A stretch of DNA of 64,000 nt from Geosiphon pyriformis uo1 (lineage: Eukaryota; Fungi; Glomeromycota), in contig JAAOMT010000494.1 in assembly GCA_016748015.1 (NCBI GenBank), positions 273,156-337,155 on the forward strand. Reading direction: 5' to 3'. Within the stretch, counting starts at the first letter, position 1. Each line of letters begins with the position of its first letter. Shown piece after piece: positions 39,496-52,350 of this stretch. The position numbers and the translations under genes were made by a program. The notes under the pieces are model-generated. The model was not told the origin of the DNA, searched no databases, and saw nothing but the letters and a program-made list of their open reading frames with translations.

Positions 39496-42408
39496 ATGCT
39501 TTCAACATCATCAATTTCAATTGAAAATGTAACTTCACATTTCGGCTGGGTTGAAGGAGCATTCATTGTCATTAAAGAAAGTTTGAACAATTTTCCAAGC
39601 GACAATTATTCAAGAATTGCTGACTTTGTTAAAAAATATTTTGAACGCAATCATAAAACACCCGAAGATTTATTCGATTACTTAAACAATAAAAGTTCAA
39701 GAAGTTCAATAGACTATATTTTGCTTGGCTTTTCTTTAGAACATGGGGTTGGAACTATTCCTAATTCAAAAAAAGCATTTTTAGAATTTCAGAAAGCAGC
39801 GAATTCAGAATTTTCTTTTGGACAATTCTTCTTAGGTCGTTGTTATGATCATGGAATTGGTACTCATCCAGATCGAGGAAAAGCATTTGAATTCTATTCA
39901 AAAGCAGCCGAGATGGGAAATACCCTTGCACAAAACACTCTTGGATGGTTTTATCTAAATGGATTAGAAACAGCGAAAAATGTGGAAAAAGCATTTAAAC
40001 TCTATTCAAAAGCAGCAGAGTTGGGAGATACAATGGGACAGAACAATCTTGGATGGTGTTATCAAAATGGATGGGGAGCAACGAAAAATCCAGAAAAAGC
40101 GTTTGAACTCTATTCAAAAGCAGCAGAGGCGGGAAATATTCTTGCACAAAACAGTCTTGGATGGTGTTATCAAAATGGATTAGGAACAACGAAAAATCTG
40201 GAAAAAGCATTTGAATTTTATTCAAAAGCAGCAGAGGCGGGAAATATCCTTGCACAAAACAGTCTTGGATGGTGTTATCAAAATGGATTAGGAACAACGA
40301 AAAATCTGGAAAAAGCATTTGAACTTTATTCAAAAGCAGCAGAGGTGGGAAATACAAATGCACAAAACAACCTTGGATGGTGTTATCAAAATGGATTAGG
40401 AACAACGAAAAATGTGGCGAAAGCATTTGAATTCTATTCAAAAGCAGTAGAGGGGGGAAGTTTAATTGCACAAATAAATCTTGAACATTGTTATCATGGT
40501 GGAAATCCATGTTCAAAAAACAATCTTGAAACGTGTTATCGAAATAGATGGGGAACTATGGAAGACCTGGAAAAATCATTTAAACTCTATTCAAAAACAA
40601 CGGAGGCGGGAAATCCAAGTACACAATATAATCTTGGATGGTGCTATCAAAATGGATGGGGAACAACAAAAAACCTAGCAAAGGCATATGAACTCTATTT
40701 AAAAGCAGAGGGAAATAAATTAAGTTATCAAAGTGATTTTCCTGATTTGAATGGCCATAATCTCACTTTAAAGAATCAGGATAACCTGGAGCGTTTTATT
40801 TTGCAATTCCAAAGTCGAGGTTTTAAAGGTCAAGGTAATCCCAAAGGAGAATTTTTAGATTCTGAAGCTTTCTTTGATCAGCTGTCAGACGAATTCAAGT
40901 GTTATAAATGTGGTAACTTGGGTGTAATCATTAGTGGATCTCCTATATGTCCATTTTGCGATACTAATAAAAGTGATGATATCTTTGAAGCGGGGTTACC
41001 GAAATGTCCAGAATGCTATAGCACATTAAAAGATCCACTTTGGTGTAAATTTTGTGAATATTCACGATTTTCAAAGAGTTGGGGAATATGGAGTAGTGGA
41101 AATGATAATATTGATCAGTATATAGCAAAAACACAGGAAATTTCTGAAAGCTGCAGAGGCTGCCTGGAATGGATTTCTCCTGACGAGATTACATTTTTAG
41201 AGAAAGTGGGAATGGGAGGGTTTGGTATTGTTAAAAAAGGTAGATTGGAGAGAGGCAAAATTCTATTTTGGGACGAGAAAAATCAAAAGCATGAACGAAG
41301 CGGGGTTACGAAAGTTGCTTTGAAATTTCTCAGAAGCAGTCAAAATATAAAATATATTAATTCAGATGAGGTACTTCCTTTCAAGAAATCTATGTGATTT
41401 TTATTATTCTAATTTCTTTTTCTAACATTAGAAAACATTTTGAAATAGTTTATTGCACATCTTAAAAGTGCCTCTTGCAAATACATCCTTGAATGCTATG
41501 GAATAACCAAAGATGTTACAACCGATGAATTTATTATGGTTTTACCATTTGCGGAACATGGGGACCTTAAAGCTTTTCTCAGGATGAACGAAAACCCTCT
41601 TACTTGGAAAATGGTTCTTTGTATTCTTTTTCAAATCGTTGGTGGCCTAAGGTTTATACATGAATCAGAACTAGTGCATGGAGACTTACATCCTGGCAAT
41701 ATCCTTGTTTTGAAATCAAACCCCTTAAAAGTTGTCATTGCTGACCTAGGATTCTGTCGTCCTGCCAATTACTCTCCACAATCTGGGGAGATTTATGGCG
41801 TTGTCCAATACCTAGCGCCCGAAGTTTTTACTTTATCGTGTCATACCAAATACAGCGACATTTACAGTTTTGCTATCATTTCTTGGGAAATTATTTCAGG
41901 AGAAAGACCTTGGAATGATATTAAAGATTCTATGCATGATGTAATTTCTGGAAAGCGCCCCACAATTGAAAAGCATACACCTCAATGCATTCAAGAAATG
42001 ATCCAAAAAAATTGGCGTAAGGATCTGGATTGTCGTGATACTGCAGAACAACTTCAACAAAGAATTATTGCTGCTCGCGGTAAATGTAACTTAAATGAAT
42101 CTATCTCTAAAAAAAGAAGTGTTGCCTGTGATATGATAAGTTATAAAAGTCGATTAATCTTAGGAAGTCAATCAATGTCAAAGCCTATATATGGTAAGTT
42201 TTTTTATTTAGTATTATTTTAATAGGTAAAGAACTTGTTTTGATTAAACGCCTTTTTTTCAGATTTGGAATATCCCAATAGCTCAAGTTATCTATTTAAC
42301 TACTCAAGCTCTAATAAAGTTTACTTTGATTCCTCTAAGTGTGAGGTTAAGTGTCTCCTTATCAATGATGCTGGAACTGTTGATAATATGCTAGAAAAAA
42401 CTAATTAG
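39496..42408 (+). CDS. SEL1-like repeat / Cys-rich / tyrosine-kinase-like (TKL) protein kinase
   Basis: Exons 39496-41370, 41449-42193 and 42263-42408 (GT-AG). About 9 SEL1 repeats (AQNNLGWCYQNGxGTxKNxEKAFELYSKAAExG). CxxC pairs, WSSGNDNID..LEWI, GMGGFG, VALK, HGDLHPGN, DLG, YLAPE and DIYSF. Confidence 0.93.
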
Positions 42409-44361
42409 GCTAGGAATTTCTTGATAAGCAAACTTCACTGCCTTTTCTACGTTCCGACTTCTAGAATAGTAATTTATATTTTAAATTATTCGAATTTTTA
42501 AATTCATTCAGCATTAAATAAAATTCTTAATTCTTACCTTTCGGATATCTTTTGTCCTAGCGCGTTTCTACTCTGTATTCCATTTTTGATATTATTAGCG
42601 TAAATATAAGAATTAGAGTAATTTATTAAATTCATCTATCTTTTGATGTCTTTTGTTCAGGTTGTTAAACAAATTAAAGATAAGTTTTTGAATGGTTTTA
42701 TTTTTTATACTATTAAAACATTAAATAAAGAAGTACGACAAACCCAAGTTTATTTAAAAAAATGAATTTTGAAATTTAATTGATAAAACAAATACGTACG
42801 AATGTTAAAAAAGGAAAGACTAAAGTGTTTAAACGCGATAGATGTAAACTTTATATTAATGGAATTTTGCCTACGGGCATTGATCTAATCCGAGAGCCAC
42901 ATTTAATCAAGCCACGGTAAAATATTACGTAACTACATGAGAAAATGAAGAATGTAGTAATTTCCTTTAAAATTTCAGTATTTTAGAAGGGTTATACACT
43001 ATAAAAACAATCTAACTTTCGACAAAAAAAACAATAATCAAACAACACCTTTTTTAAAACTTTGTATTTTTAATCAGTTAGTCAATTATTTAGTTAGTTA
43101 GTTATGTGTTTCAAGTACATGTAGTAGTAATGAAAAAAAATTTCATCTGATCGGCATATTTTAAAAAGAAATATATTCCCTTGACCCTACCTAAATAACA
43201 CTGGTCAAAAGTGATTTGAATTTCAAAATTGTGTTTTTCTAAATAAGTGGGTCCCATGATAGAAAAAGAAAGTTGGCGAATAAAACTTAATTATAATCTT
43301 TTTTAATCGTTTATCCTTCGCTTTCTTGTTTCAATTTCTAAAAATAATTCAGTTTAATCTAACGATATTTTATTTTTTGCTTTTTCAATATTGGTTTTAC
43401 TTTAACTTTAAATTGAAATAATAACTCAAATTAAAAAGTAAAGACTTAGTTTGTTATTTTTTTTAAAAATATAGTTACAAAAATTCTAACACTAAATACT
43501 TTTTTAACTCAACTTACTTAAATATCTATTGTTTTCAAAGCACACGTTGATTAAATTAAAATCTAACTAAAATTAGGCTATTAATACAATTGATAAAAAA
43601 ATTAAATACAAAAATGGGGACCAACTCTATTTATCTTGATTACCACCAGTGTCTTTTTAAAATATTTTTCAATATATTAAAATTAGATTTGAGATAAGGT
43701 AGTATGCTAAAAGAAAAAATAACTTACTCTTGTCTTAAATTAAAAAGAAACTTGTTACTCTTTTTTGATTGGACATCTGTATTAATAGAGAAGATTAAGT
43801 ATAAATAGATTTTTTACAAATGAAAATTCTTAAGAAAGCAAATTTACCTAAATTAAAGACTAAATTATTGCAATAATTAAGCAAACATACTGTTATGAAT
43901 TGAAGTAACAAGCTAATAGATAACAAAAAAAAACAAATATTGAATAATAAAAAAGAAAATTCAACTAAATAAATCAATTGAATTTGTATAAATTCAATAT
44001 GCAAAATCAGTTTTATAAATATTTCAATTACTGTTCTTTTAAAAAAATTAATAATTTGTAGTGTTAACAAAAATAAACAGCAGTCATAATTATATGTCTT
44101 ATATTAATGTTTTTGTAATTTAGTAATAAATATTATTTGTACTTTTTGGTAAATATTTTTATTTAATATATTTTACAAAAGCTAACAATATACAAATCAA
44201 GAAAGAAAAAAATAAAATAGTAAGAAAAAATAAAATTATTATATTAATTTTGCTAATTAATTATTGTCTAAATTGATTAGTATAAGATACTTTTCTATAA
44301 CTTTGGAAAGTTTTACTTTTATACTTTCAAAAAAAATCAATAATCAAATTATTAATTACAC

Positions 44362-44596
44362 TAATAATTATATTAACAATTAATTTTTAAAATAAAGTAA
44401 CTATTATAAATAATATAAATAATTAATACTTATAATTAAGTTAATAATTATATTAACAATTAATTTTTAAAATAAATTAGCTATTATAAATAATATAAAT
44501 AATTAATACTTATAATTAAGTTAATAATTATATTAATTAATTTTTAAAATAAATTAGCTATTATAAATAATATCAATAATTAATACTTATAATTAA
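44362..44596. repeat. 80-bp AT-rich minisatellite, ~3 units
   Basis: Units at 44362, 44442 and 44522 are nearly identical. Confidence 0.9.
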
Positions 44597-47185
44597 TTAT
44601 AATTAAACAATTAATAGTAGTATTTTAAAAAATTAAGTTTAATAAGTATTTAATAATATTATTAGATATTATTTAACAAATTTTTTTTAATAAAATAAAA
44701 CTTTAATATTAAAATTACTAACTTATATAACTATTATTATAATCAGTAATTAAGTATTTTTAATATTAAAATTAAAAAAAAAACATATTAAAATATTATT
44801 TAATTAATAATTAAATATATTAACAATAAAACTACTGGTTTAAATAATTATTTGAATTTAATTATTTATTATTATAATTAGTAATTAAGTATATTTTTAT
44901 AATACTATTTAAACATAATATTATAAGCAAAAATAATATAAATTAAACTTTGTATTAAATACTAATTTAAAACTAATTAATAAAATACTTATTTTTTTTG
45001 GCTTTAAAATTAAAAATTAAAGTTTTAAAAAAAGAAAAAAGTTTGTTTAGTTAAATTTTTTATATTAAATTAAAATTTATTTATATATTTTTAATAATTT
45101 TTATTAACAATAAAACTTTATTAATTATTTTAAACTTTTTATTAATTATATTAATTACTTTTAAAAAAATATTACTAATTATGTTAATTATTTTTAAAAA
45201 AAAAACAAAAAAACACACTGTTAAGAAAACAAAAAACATATTTTTATTATATTATAAAATAATATAATTAGAAAAAGCAAGATTTAATATTAAAATATTT
45301 ATAAAATTTTATTAAATTATTAATAAAATTAAAGTAATAAAAATTAAATAATTTGAATATAAAACCAAAATAATTAATAAATTATTATAATTAACAATAG
45401 TTAATAAATGAATATAAAATTACATAATAATAATAAAAATTATAATATTAATAATACAAAATAATACAAAATATTATACTAATATTATATTTTATTTTAT
45501 AAGTTATTTTTTTTTATTATACGTTTTATAAGTATAATTATATAAGTTATTAATAATTAGTAAATTTTTAAAAATTAAAAAAATTAAATAGTATTTTATT
45601 TATATCTAATTTATATATTAATTTTATTATAGAAAAAATTTATGTATTATTAAAAATAATAAAAAAACAAAAATTTAAAATACAAACAAACCAAAAAAAA
45701 AGGTTATTAAATATTAAAATAATATTATTATTAGAAAACAATATAATAATTCTATTTTAAATTTAATAATATAAAAACAACACAATATTTTAATAAAAAA
45801 ATAAAAAACGAAATAACTAATAAAAATAATCTTAAGCTTTTTAAAATTTTACATAATATTTTTGTTAAGCTTTGCAAAAAAGTTAAAATAGCATAACAAA
45901 ATTATAAACAGTTAATTATATGCATGAAAATATAAAAAAAAATTTCAAGTTAATTATTAAATTATTTGTTTTTATTGTTAAAACTTGATAATTTTTTAAG
46001 ATTTGTTTTAATGTTTATGTTGTTTGACAATTTTGGTAAAAATATTACACATATTATAAAAACAATTTGTATAAAATTTTAATTTTTAAAACTTATTACA
46101 ACTCTAAAATTTACATTTTTTCTTGGTATTTTTTATAGTTATAATTTAACCAAAATTTGAGTTTTTTTATTTATTATATGTTCAAAAAACCATAAAACCA
46201 ATTTAATTTGTTTGTTAAAAGTAAAAAAAATTAGCATAATATGGAAAAAAACAATAAAACAATAACTATTTACAAGTTTTATCACATTTAAGAAAAATAG
46301 CACAAACAAATTCACAAAACAGTAAAAAATCAAGAAAATACTGTGAATGTAAAGCATTTTGAATAGAACATTGCTGTTATAATACATGAAAATTATAATG
46401 GAAATTGTTTATTATGTTTGGTTCTGTTTATTTTATATTTTATTAATTTCTTAACTCTTTTTATCTTGTGTATCTTGTCTTTACTATTTTTTTGTATAAA
46501 TTATGAATCTTTTTCTAATAAATCTGACTCTTTTATTTTTAATTTTAATAACAAAAAGAATCTCGTCTTGGCAAAAATTGTTTATAGTACAAGTAAATAT
46601 CAAATTGTATGTTTTTACAATGATGGGTGATAATTATAACATAAAAGAATATGCTGAGATTAGTGGAACAACTTCAAGACTCAAATCTTTGATACTGGTG
46701 CCACTTTATGTTTCAGCTTGACAAATTAAAAGTATTTCATGTTATTGAATAAGAACTATTTTTTTGATTAAGCTTCAGATCTGTCGAGGCTTACATCGTT
46801 ATCATATATGATGTAAAAATAGGGACGTTCATTAAAAGATGCAGGCACGGCTGAAATATAATTATTTTATAATTCACAATATATCATTCCATAATCTAAT
46901 TTAGTATTACTGAAAGTTTACAATGGTAACCTTGATCAAATCTTCTTTTTTGAACGAAAGATAATCCATAGAGCACACCTTAAAATCTCGTTCTGACAGA
47001 AGGATTGTGCATTTCGTGAATCCATCTTTGGAGATGAGATACAAAAAAGAAAATAAAACAAAGTGGGACGCACGGTTGTCTTGCCAATTTTTTTGCCAAC
47101 TGTGTATGATAAATCTCTATTTATTTGAATCAAATTCTGTTTATTAACAGCTACATTTATCTAACTTAATTTCCTATCAATTATA

Positions 47186-47665
47186 TTAAAATTTAAAAAA
47201 TTCTAGAGCGAAAAACAGCCCAATGATCGCGAAAACATGACTAAAGTTTCCAACATTTAAAGCCAAGGCAGTTGCAGCTGAAGCTGTAGTTTTAGTTGAA
47301 CTAGAACTCGAAGCTGAAGTAGTTTGGTTTCCATTTCCTTTGGATTCAGTGGATGATGCATCAGTCGTAACGCCATCTGTCGTTTTATTCGACGAATCAG
47401 TGGATGATGTAGTTGAAACAGAAATGGACGTGTTTGGTACAAGAGTCGATAGGGTTGGGGTTGATCTGTTTATATGGTAAACATTAAATTTGAAAATTAA
47501 AAGTTTTGCTTAAAATTGGGGATCATAGTTCAAATTTGAATACTTACGTAGTGTTGGAATTAGTTTTTGTATCTGTCGAATTATTTTTAGAATTCTCATT
47601 TGTTGTGGCATTTGTTGATTTGGTTGAGTTTGGGAGTCCGGTCGAGAGGCTTTGAGTAGTAGTAC

Positions 47666-47697
<32 letters not shown>

Positions 47698-47747
47698 CTA
47701 GTAGTAGGAGTAGTACTATTATTACTTACACTGTCACTAGAGAACAT
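47186..47747 (-). CDS. Ser/Thr-rich protein with a GPI-anchor-like or tail-anchor C-terminus
   Basis: Exons 47747-47548 and 47465-47186, intron GTAAGT..CAG. Poly-Thr tract; ends ...TASAATALALNVGNFSHVFAIIGLFFALEFFKF*. True 5' start uncertain. Confidence 0.72.
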
Positions 47748-49087
47748 TGGAAGAGATTTTGAGTTTTAATTCAAAACCAAGAACGTCATGAGTATTTTGA
47801 ATATTGAATTTGAGTCTAAAAGAGAGTAATCGAGAAGGAAACGCCAACGTTAAGAAAAGAAGAAACTGAAAAAATGGAATTTACGATAATGAAGGAAAAG
47901 GATTAATTTGAGTTGTAAATGGGATTCCCGTTATGATTGAGGAGCTTAACGGAATGCCCCCCACGGGTGGAAATATCCTTGTGTGACGATGGAAGAAAAA
48001 AAGAAAGGGAAGACGCGAATACGAAATATATTTTTTATTTTAAGAGTTAAACGAGAAAAATAATATCGTTCAAAATATAAAATTTATCAAAGTAATTTAA
48101 TTTCAATGGATTTGAATTAGTTAGCTCGATTGTTACAATACCTTGGCGTTTGAGCAAATGAGTTTTTAAAGGCGGCGAAAGCGAAGAAAGTGAGAAACGT
48201 CAAGAAAAAAAGATTCAAACGAGCCATATTGTGAATTTAGAGATTTTAGATATATTTGTAAAGTTTTCAATTAATCGTGTTTAGATGACATTCACGAAAA
48301 AAAAGCAAATTCCACCTGTCTATATATATATACAAAAAAAACAATTATTTGAAGTTTTTTTTGGTTCCCTTGTTAAACAAGTAATCTTTTGACTGTTTTA
48401 CCAATGTCGTTTCATTTTAATCATTGAATTACATTTTACATATCCACTTATGTGAAATAAATCCTCATTCATACACACAGTTGTTTTGCCAGTTCTCTCC
48501 TAAATCTGCAGGAATGTGTGTTACTTTTCATTATGAATGGTTACCTTGGCTTGGCTTGGCTTCTAAAAGTTCTATAAGCAGGGGGCATGTCGTTGACTAA
48601 ATGCTATTGAAACATCATGGGAAAAAAAGGCATAAAATCAAGGTAGAATGTTGCATAAAATGTCTTTGTTATTATCATGCCCCCATGAATTACGCCTGGG
48701 TACCATTGTAAAAATCAAGAATTAATAGCTGGGATAATATATCGAGTACATCAAAGAAAAATATATTCTTTCTTCTTATGAGACCCTGGCATCAATAACA
48801 CTTCAAGTTTTTCTCTTTAGAATTTATTACCTTATCCAAGAGTTCTAAAAAGAATTTTCAGTTTACTATTGATAGTTTCGATTTTTTTCTAAATATATTC
48901 TCCCATTAAAAAAAATGATCTTTTATCTTGCTCATAATTATTTTCATAAAAACGACTTTATAACGAAAATTTAGCAATAAACTTTCTTAATTTTCTTTTA
49001 ATATTAATGCTTAAATGCTTGAAATAACAATAAAAATTCATAAATTTGTATAAATGTTTAATATATAAATTTTCTTGATTTTGTAAT

Positions 49088-49119
<32 letters not shown>

Positions 49120-49305
49120 GATTCTAATTTTTGATTAAATTAATATTAAAACCCAAATACAAACTTTAATAAATAATTTTAAAAAAAAAAGCCAATATTA
49201 GAAAATAAATAATTTTAATACCATATATGATAGATAATAAGAAATCTATTTTATGATTATCGAGCCTCTAAAATAGAAAGTTTCTTTCAGTTTTTAGCGC
49301 CTATA

Positions 49306-49742
49306 TACTGCACCAAGTCTAGTCACAACAAAATGCTGCGTGCCGCACTGAAATTTGGGCTGCAAGTATTACATAATAAGTAATATTGATCAAAGCCTTA
49401 ATTCGGTTGTGATGTGATATATTTTATGCCAAAAAGTTCATCTAAGCTATGCGCGAGAGAAAAATAGATTGACAATAAAGCTTGAGCAACATTTTCGAGT
49501 ATTTAAAATCTAAATTTAATAAATTAGGATTATCTGCAATACAAGCCATTTTTGCAGTAAAGAAATATAAGGTCTCATAAAGGAATTTTAGAATGATATT
49601 TTAAATTAAATTATTATATTAATAATTTTTAAAAATATAATTCTATTAGTTTATTATTTAAATTAAAATTTTTTAGTAAAATTTTGAATTTTATTTTTTT
49701 AAAATTAATATATTATTGAATGCAACTAGGCTTGGTACACCA
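49306..49742. mobile_element. Putative Tc1/mariner-type MITE
   Basis: Termini tactgcaccaagtctagtcaca vs reverse complement tggtgtaccaagcctagttgca (16/22; 5 of 6 mismatches are transitions); TA on both sides. Confidence 0.55.
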
Positions 49743-51638
49743 TATAACAGTATAAATAATCAACAAAAAAAAAATTTATTTGTTCAAAAACTAATAACTA
49801 TTACCAATAACAATTAAAGATAATTTTACTTAAAAGTCAAAAAATATAGAAAAAATTATAAAAAACTTTAGTAATAAGATGATTTTATTTTTGAATATAT
49901 TTTTACATTCAAATAATAAAGTAGCTGTTTTTTGTATTTTTGTAAATATAAAAATTAATTTTAAACTTGAATTAAAAAAATTTGTAATAATTAATATTAA
50001 ATTTAATGCTAATAACAAAAATAAAATTCTTTTGAACTTTAAGTCAAATTAATTTGCTTTTATAATTATTAAAAAAAATTTATGCTTTAAATATTTATCT
50101 AAAAAAAAATTCAATAAAAAAAATATAAATAATTAGAAAAATGTTTTTATTAGTAAATAGTTTTTATTTTTTTTAAATTTTAAAAAATTATTAAATTTAT
50201 ATATTAGTTAAAATTTAGTTTGAAAAAAACCATAATATTAATGGTTTTAATATAAATTTATTCAAATTTTTTATTATTTACTCTAAAACTAAAAATAAAT
50301 ATGTTTAAAAAAACTTAAAATTAAATGTTTTATTTATTAAAAATAATTTATTTATTATTTAAAAATAATATTAAATAAAGTATTAATTTTAAAAATATTT
50401 AAATTTAAATTTTTTAAATTTTTTAATAAACTGTTTTATAACCAAAATTTCAACTTAATAAGTTTTATAGTCTATTATTAATTATAGAATTTAATTTAAA
50501 TTTATACTTAAAAATTTATAAAAAATAGATTGTTTAATTAGAAAAAAATCAAAATTTAATATAAATCTACTTAAAATTCTTTTTAAACAAAGTATTATAT
50601 TATTTTTTATTATATAATTTAAGATTTTTTAAACAAATACAAATTAAAAAATTGACTTTAATATTATTAATTTTTTTAAATAACTAAAAAAAGTATAAGT
50701 TATATTTAATTTAAAATACTTAATTGTTGTATTGTATTAAATTATATATAAATAATAATAAACTATATGTTTTACTTATTTTTATTACATATAATAATAA
50801 TAATTTTAAATTAAATTAAGTTTTTATAAACAAAAAACAAATAATTTTAATAATTATTTAAAAAAGATATTAATAATATTTTTTACATAATTAATATAAT
50901 TAAAAATTTAATAGTAATTTATAACATTATTATCTTGTTATTTTTAGTTAATAATTTTAAATATTAATTTATGATGCTCAGTTTTTTTAATTGATAGTTA
51001 TAAAAAATTTAACAAGAAAAAAAAAAGTATTAATTATGATATTTCTTTTATAAGAACATGTATTATTAAAACTTAAAAAAATATGAATTAATTCTGAACT
51101 TTTATCAAGTCTAAATTAAAAAATATCCTTCCTTGTAATATTATCAGTGACCCCTAATAAAATTAATTTTCTTTTATGAATTAGCTGGAATAATTCAGAG
51201 ATTTTATGAAGTGATTACCTTTAGGGATGCTAAATACCCATTAAAATTTAGTCTGCGTCAACTCAGATGGCGTAGTATCGAAAACTTATCAATTTATCTC
51301 CCCATAAAATAATTGATATTGAAACTTATAACCAATGAAAAATTTCAATCGGAGGCCACTAATAAAGAAACATGAAAATGGCAACGGCTCTACCTCAAAG
51401 AACAAAAGAATCAAAGAGAAATATCGATCGTTGATTTTATGTTTTATAATCAGAATTTTATGTTTGTCCTAAATAAAAAATACATGTTATAAAAGTTTTC
51501 TCACGTATTAGGAAGCCTCTGAAATGGGAGGGGATATATTATAGAGATCTGATTTACGGATTAAATGGTATTTTTATCTAGAACTAGTGCTGCTAATTTA
51601 ATTTAGGGATTAAAGATTTACAATTTTGTTGTTTATAT

Positions 51639-52350
51639 TTATTCGTTGCCTTCAAAGACGAGAACATCATAATCATTTTGACGAAGTTCACTTTGCTTAT
51701 ATCCAAAGGATCCACCGTCCGCCAAATGCTAAGGTTTGATTTCAAAAACTCAATTAGACAAAGAATGCAAAATTTATCAACTTGCTAAGATAATAATGAC
51801 ATATGGCTGAATTTACCCTGCCAGCTTTTCCATAAATCCAACCATGACCAGCTGGATGAGGAAATCTAGCGACATACAGTTCTTTACCATCTCTTTCGTA
51901 ACCAGCCCTGAGGGGAATATTATTTTGTGGACGAACTTCACCATGGCTTTTTATGCGTTATTTTAAATTGGAGGAAATTTAAAGATGATAAAAATCATTT
52001 CGAGATTGAATTCTCCAATTATAACAAACAAAATTGTAATTAAACAATGGGACTTACAATGCCTTCCATTTAAATTGATCCTGAGCTTGAGCTGTAGAAG
52101 AAAGACTACCGCCGATATTAGCTGAAAGAACCTTGTAATGTTTCAAAATGACCTCCTTGCCACCATAACCTATATGTAACCCTTGATTGGTGACATATCC
52201 CGGATGCAATCCACCCTCATATTCACCAACTCCAATATGTTGACCGTCGTAGACGAAAGCGTTGCCACCAGTGTGACCATCACTTTGGTCTTTCCATACA
52301 GTTGCCCAGTGATCTTGAGATACTGGCGAAGAGAGAGATTGATCTGCCAT
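51639..52350 (-). CDS. DM9-repeat (DUF3421-like) protein, ~170 aa
   Basis: Exons 52350-52058, 51946-51817 and 51728-51639. DM9-type motifs GGLHPGYV..LHIGYGGKEVILKHYKVL and AGYERDGKELYVAR..GKAG..GY..E..YDVLV; TATA-like box at ~52389-52397. Confidence 0.88.

Noticed and set aside
39995-40516. 173-aa antisense ORF with repeats
   Set aside because: It is the shadow of the SEL1 repeat array on the opposite strand.
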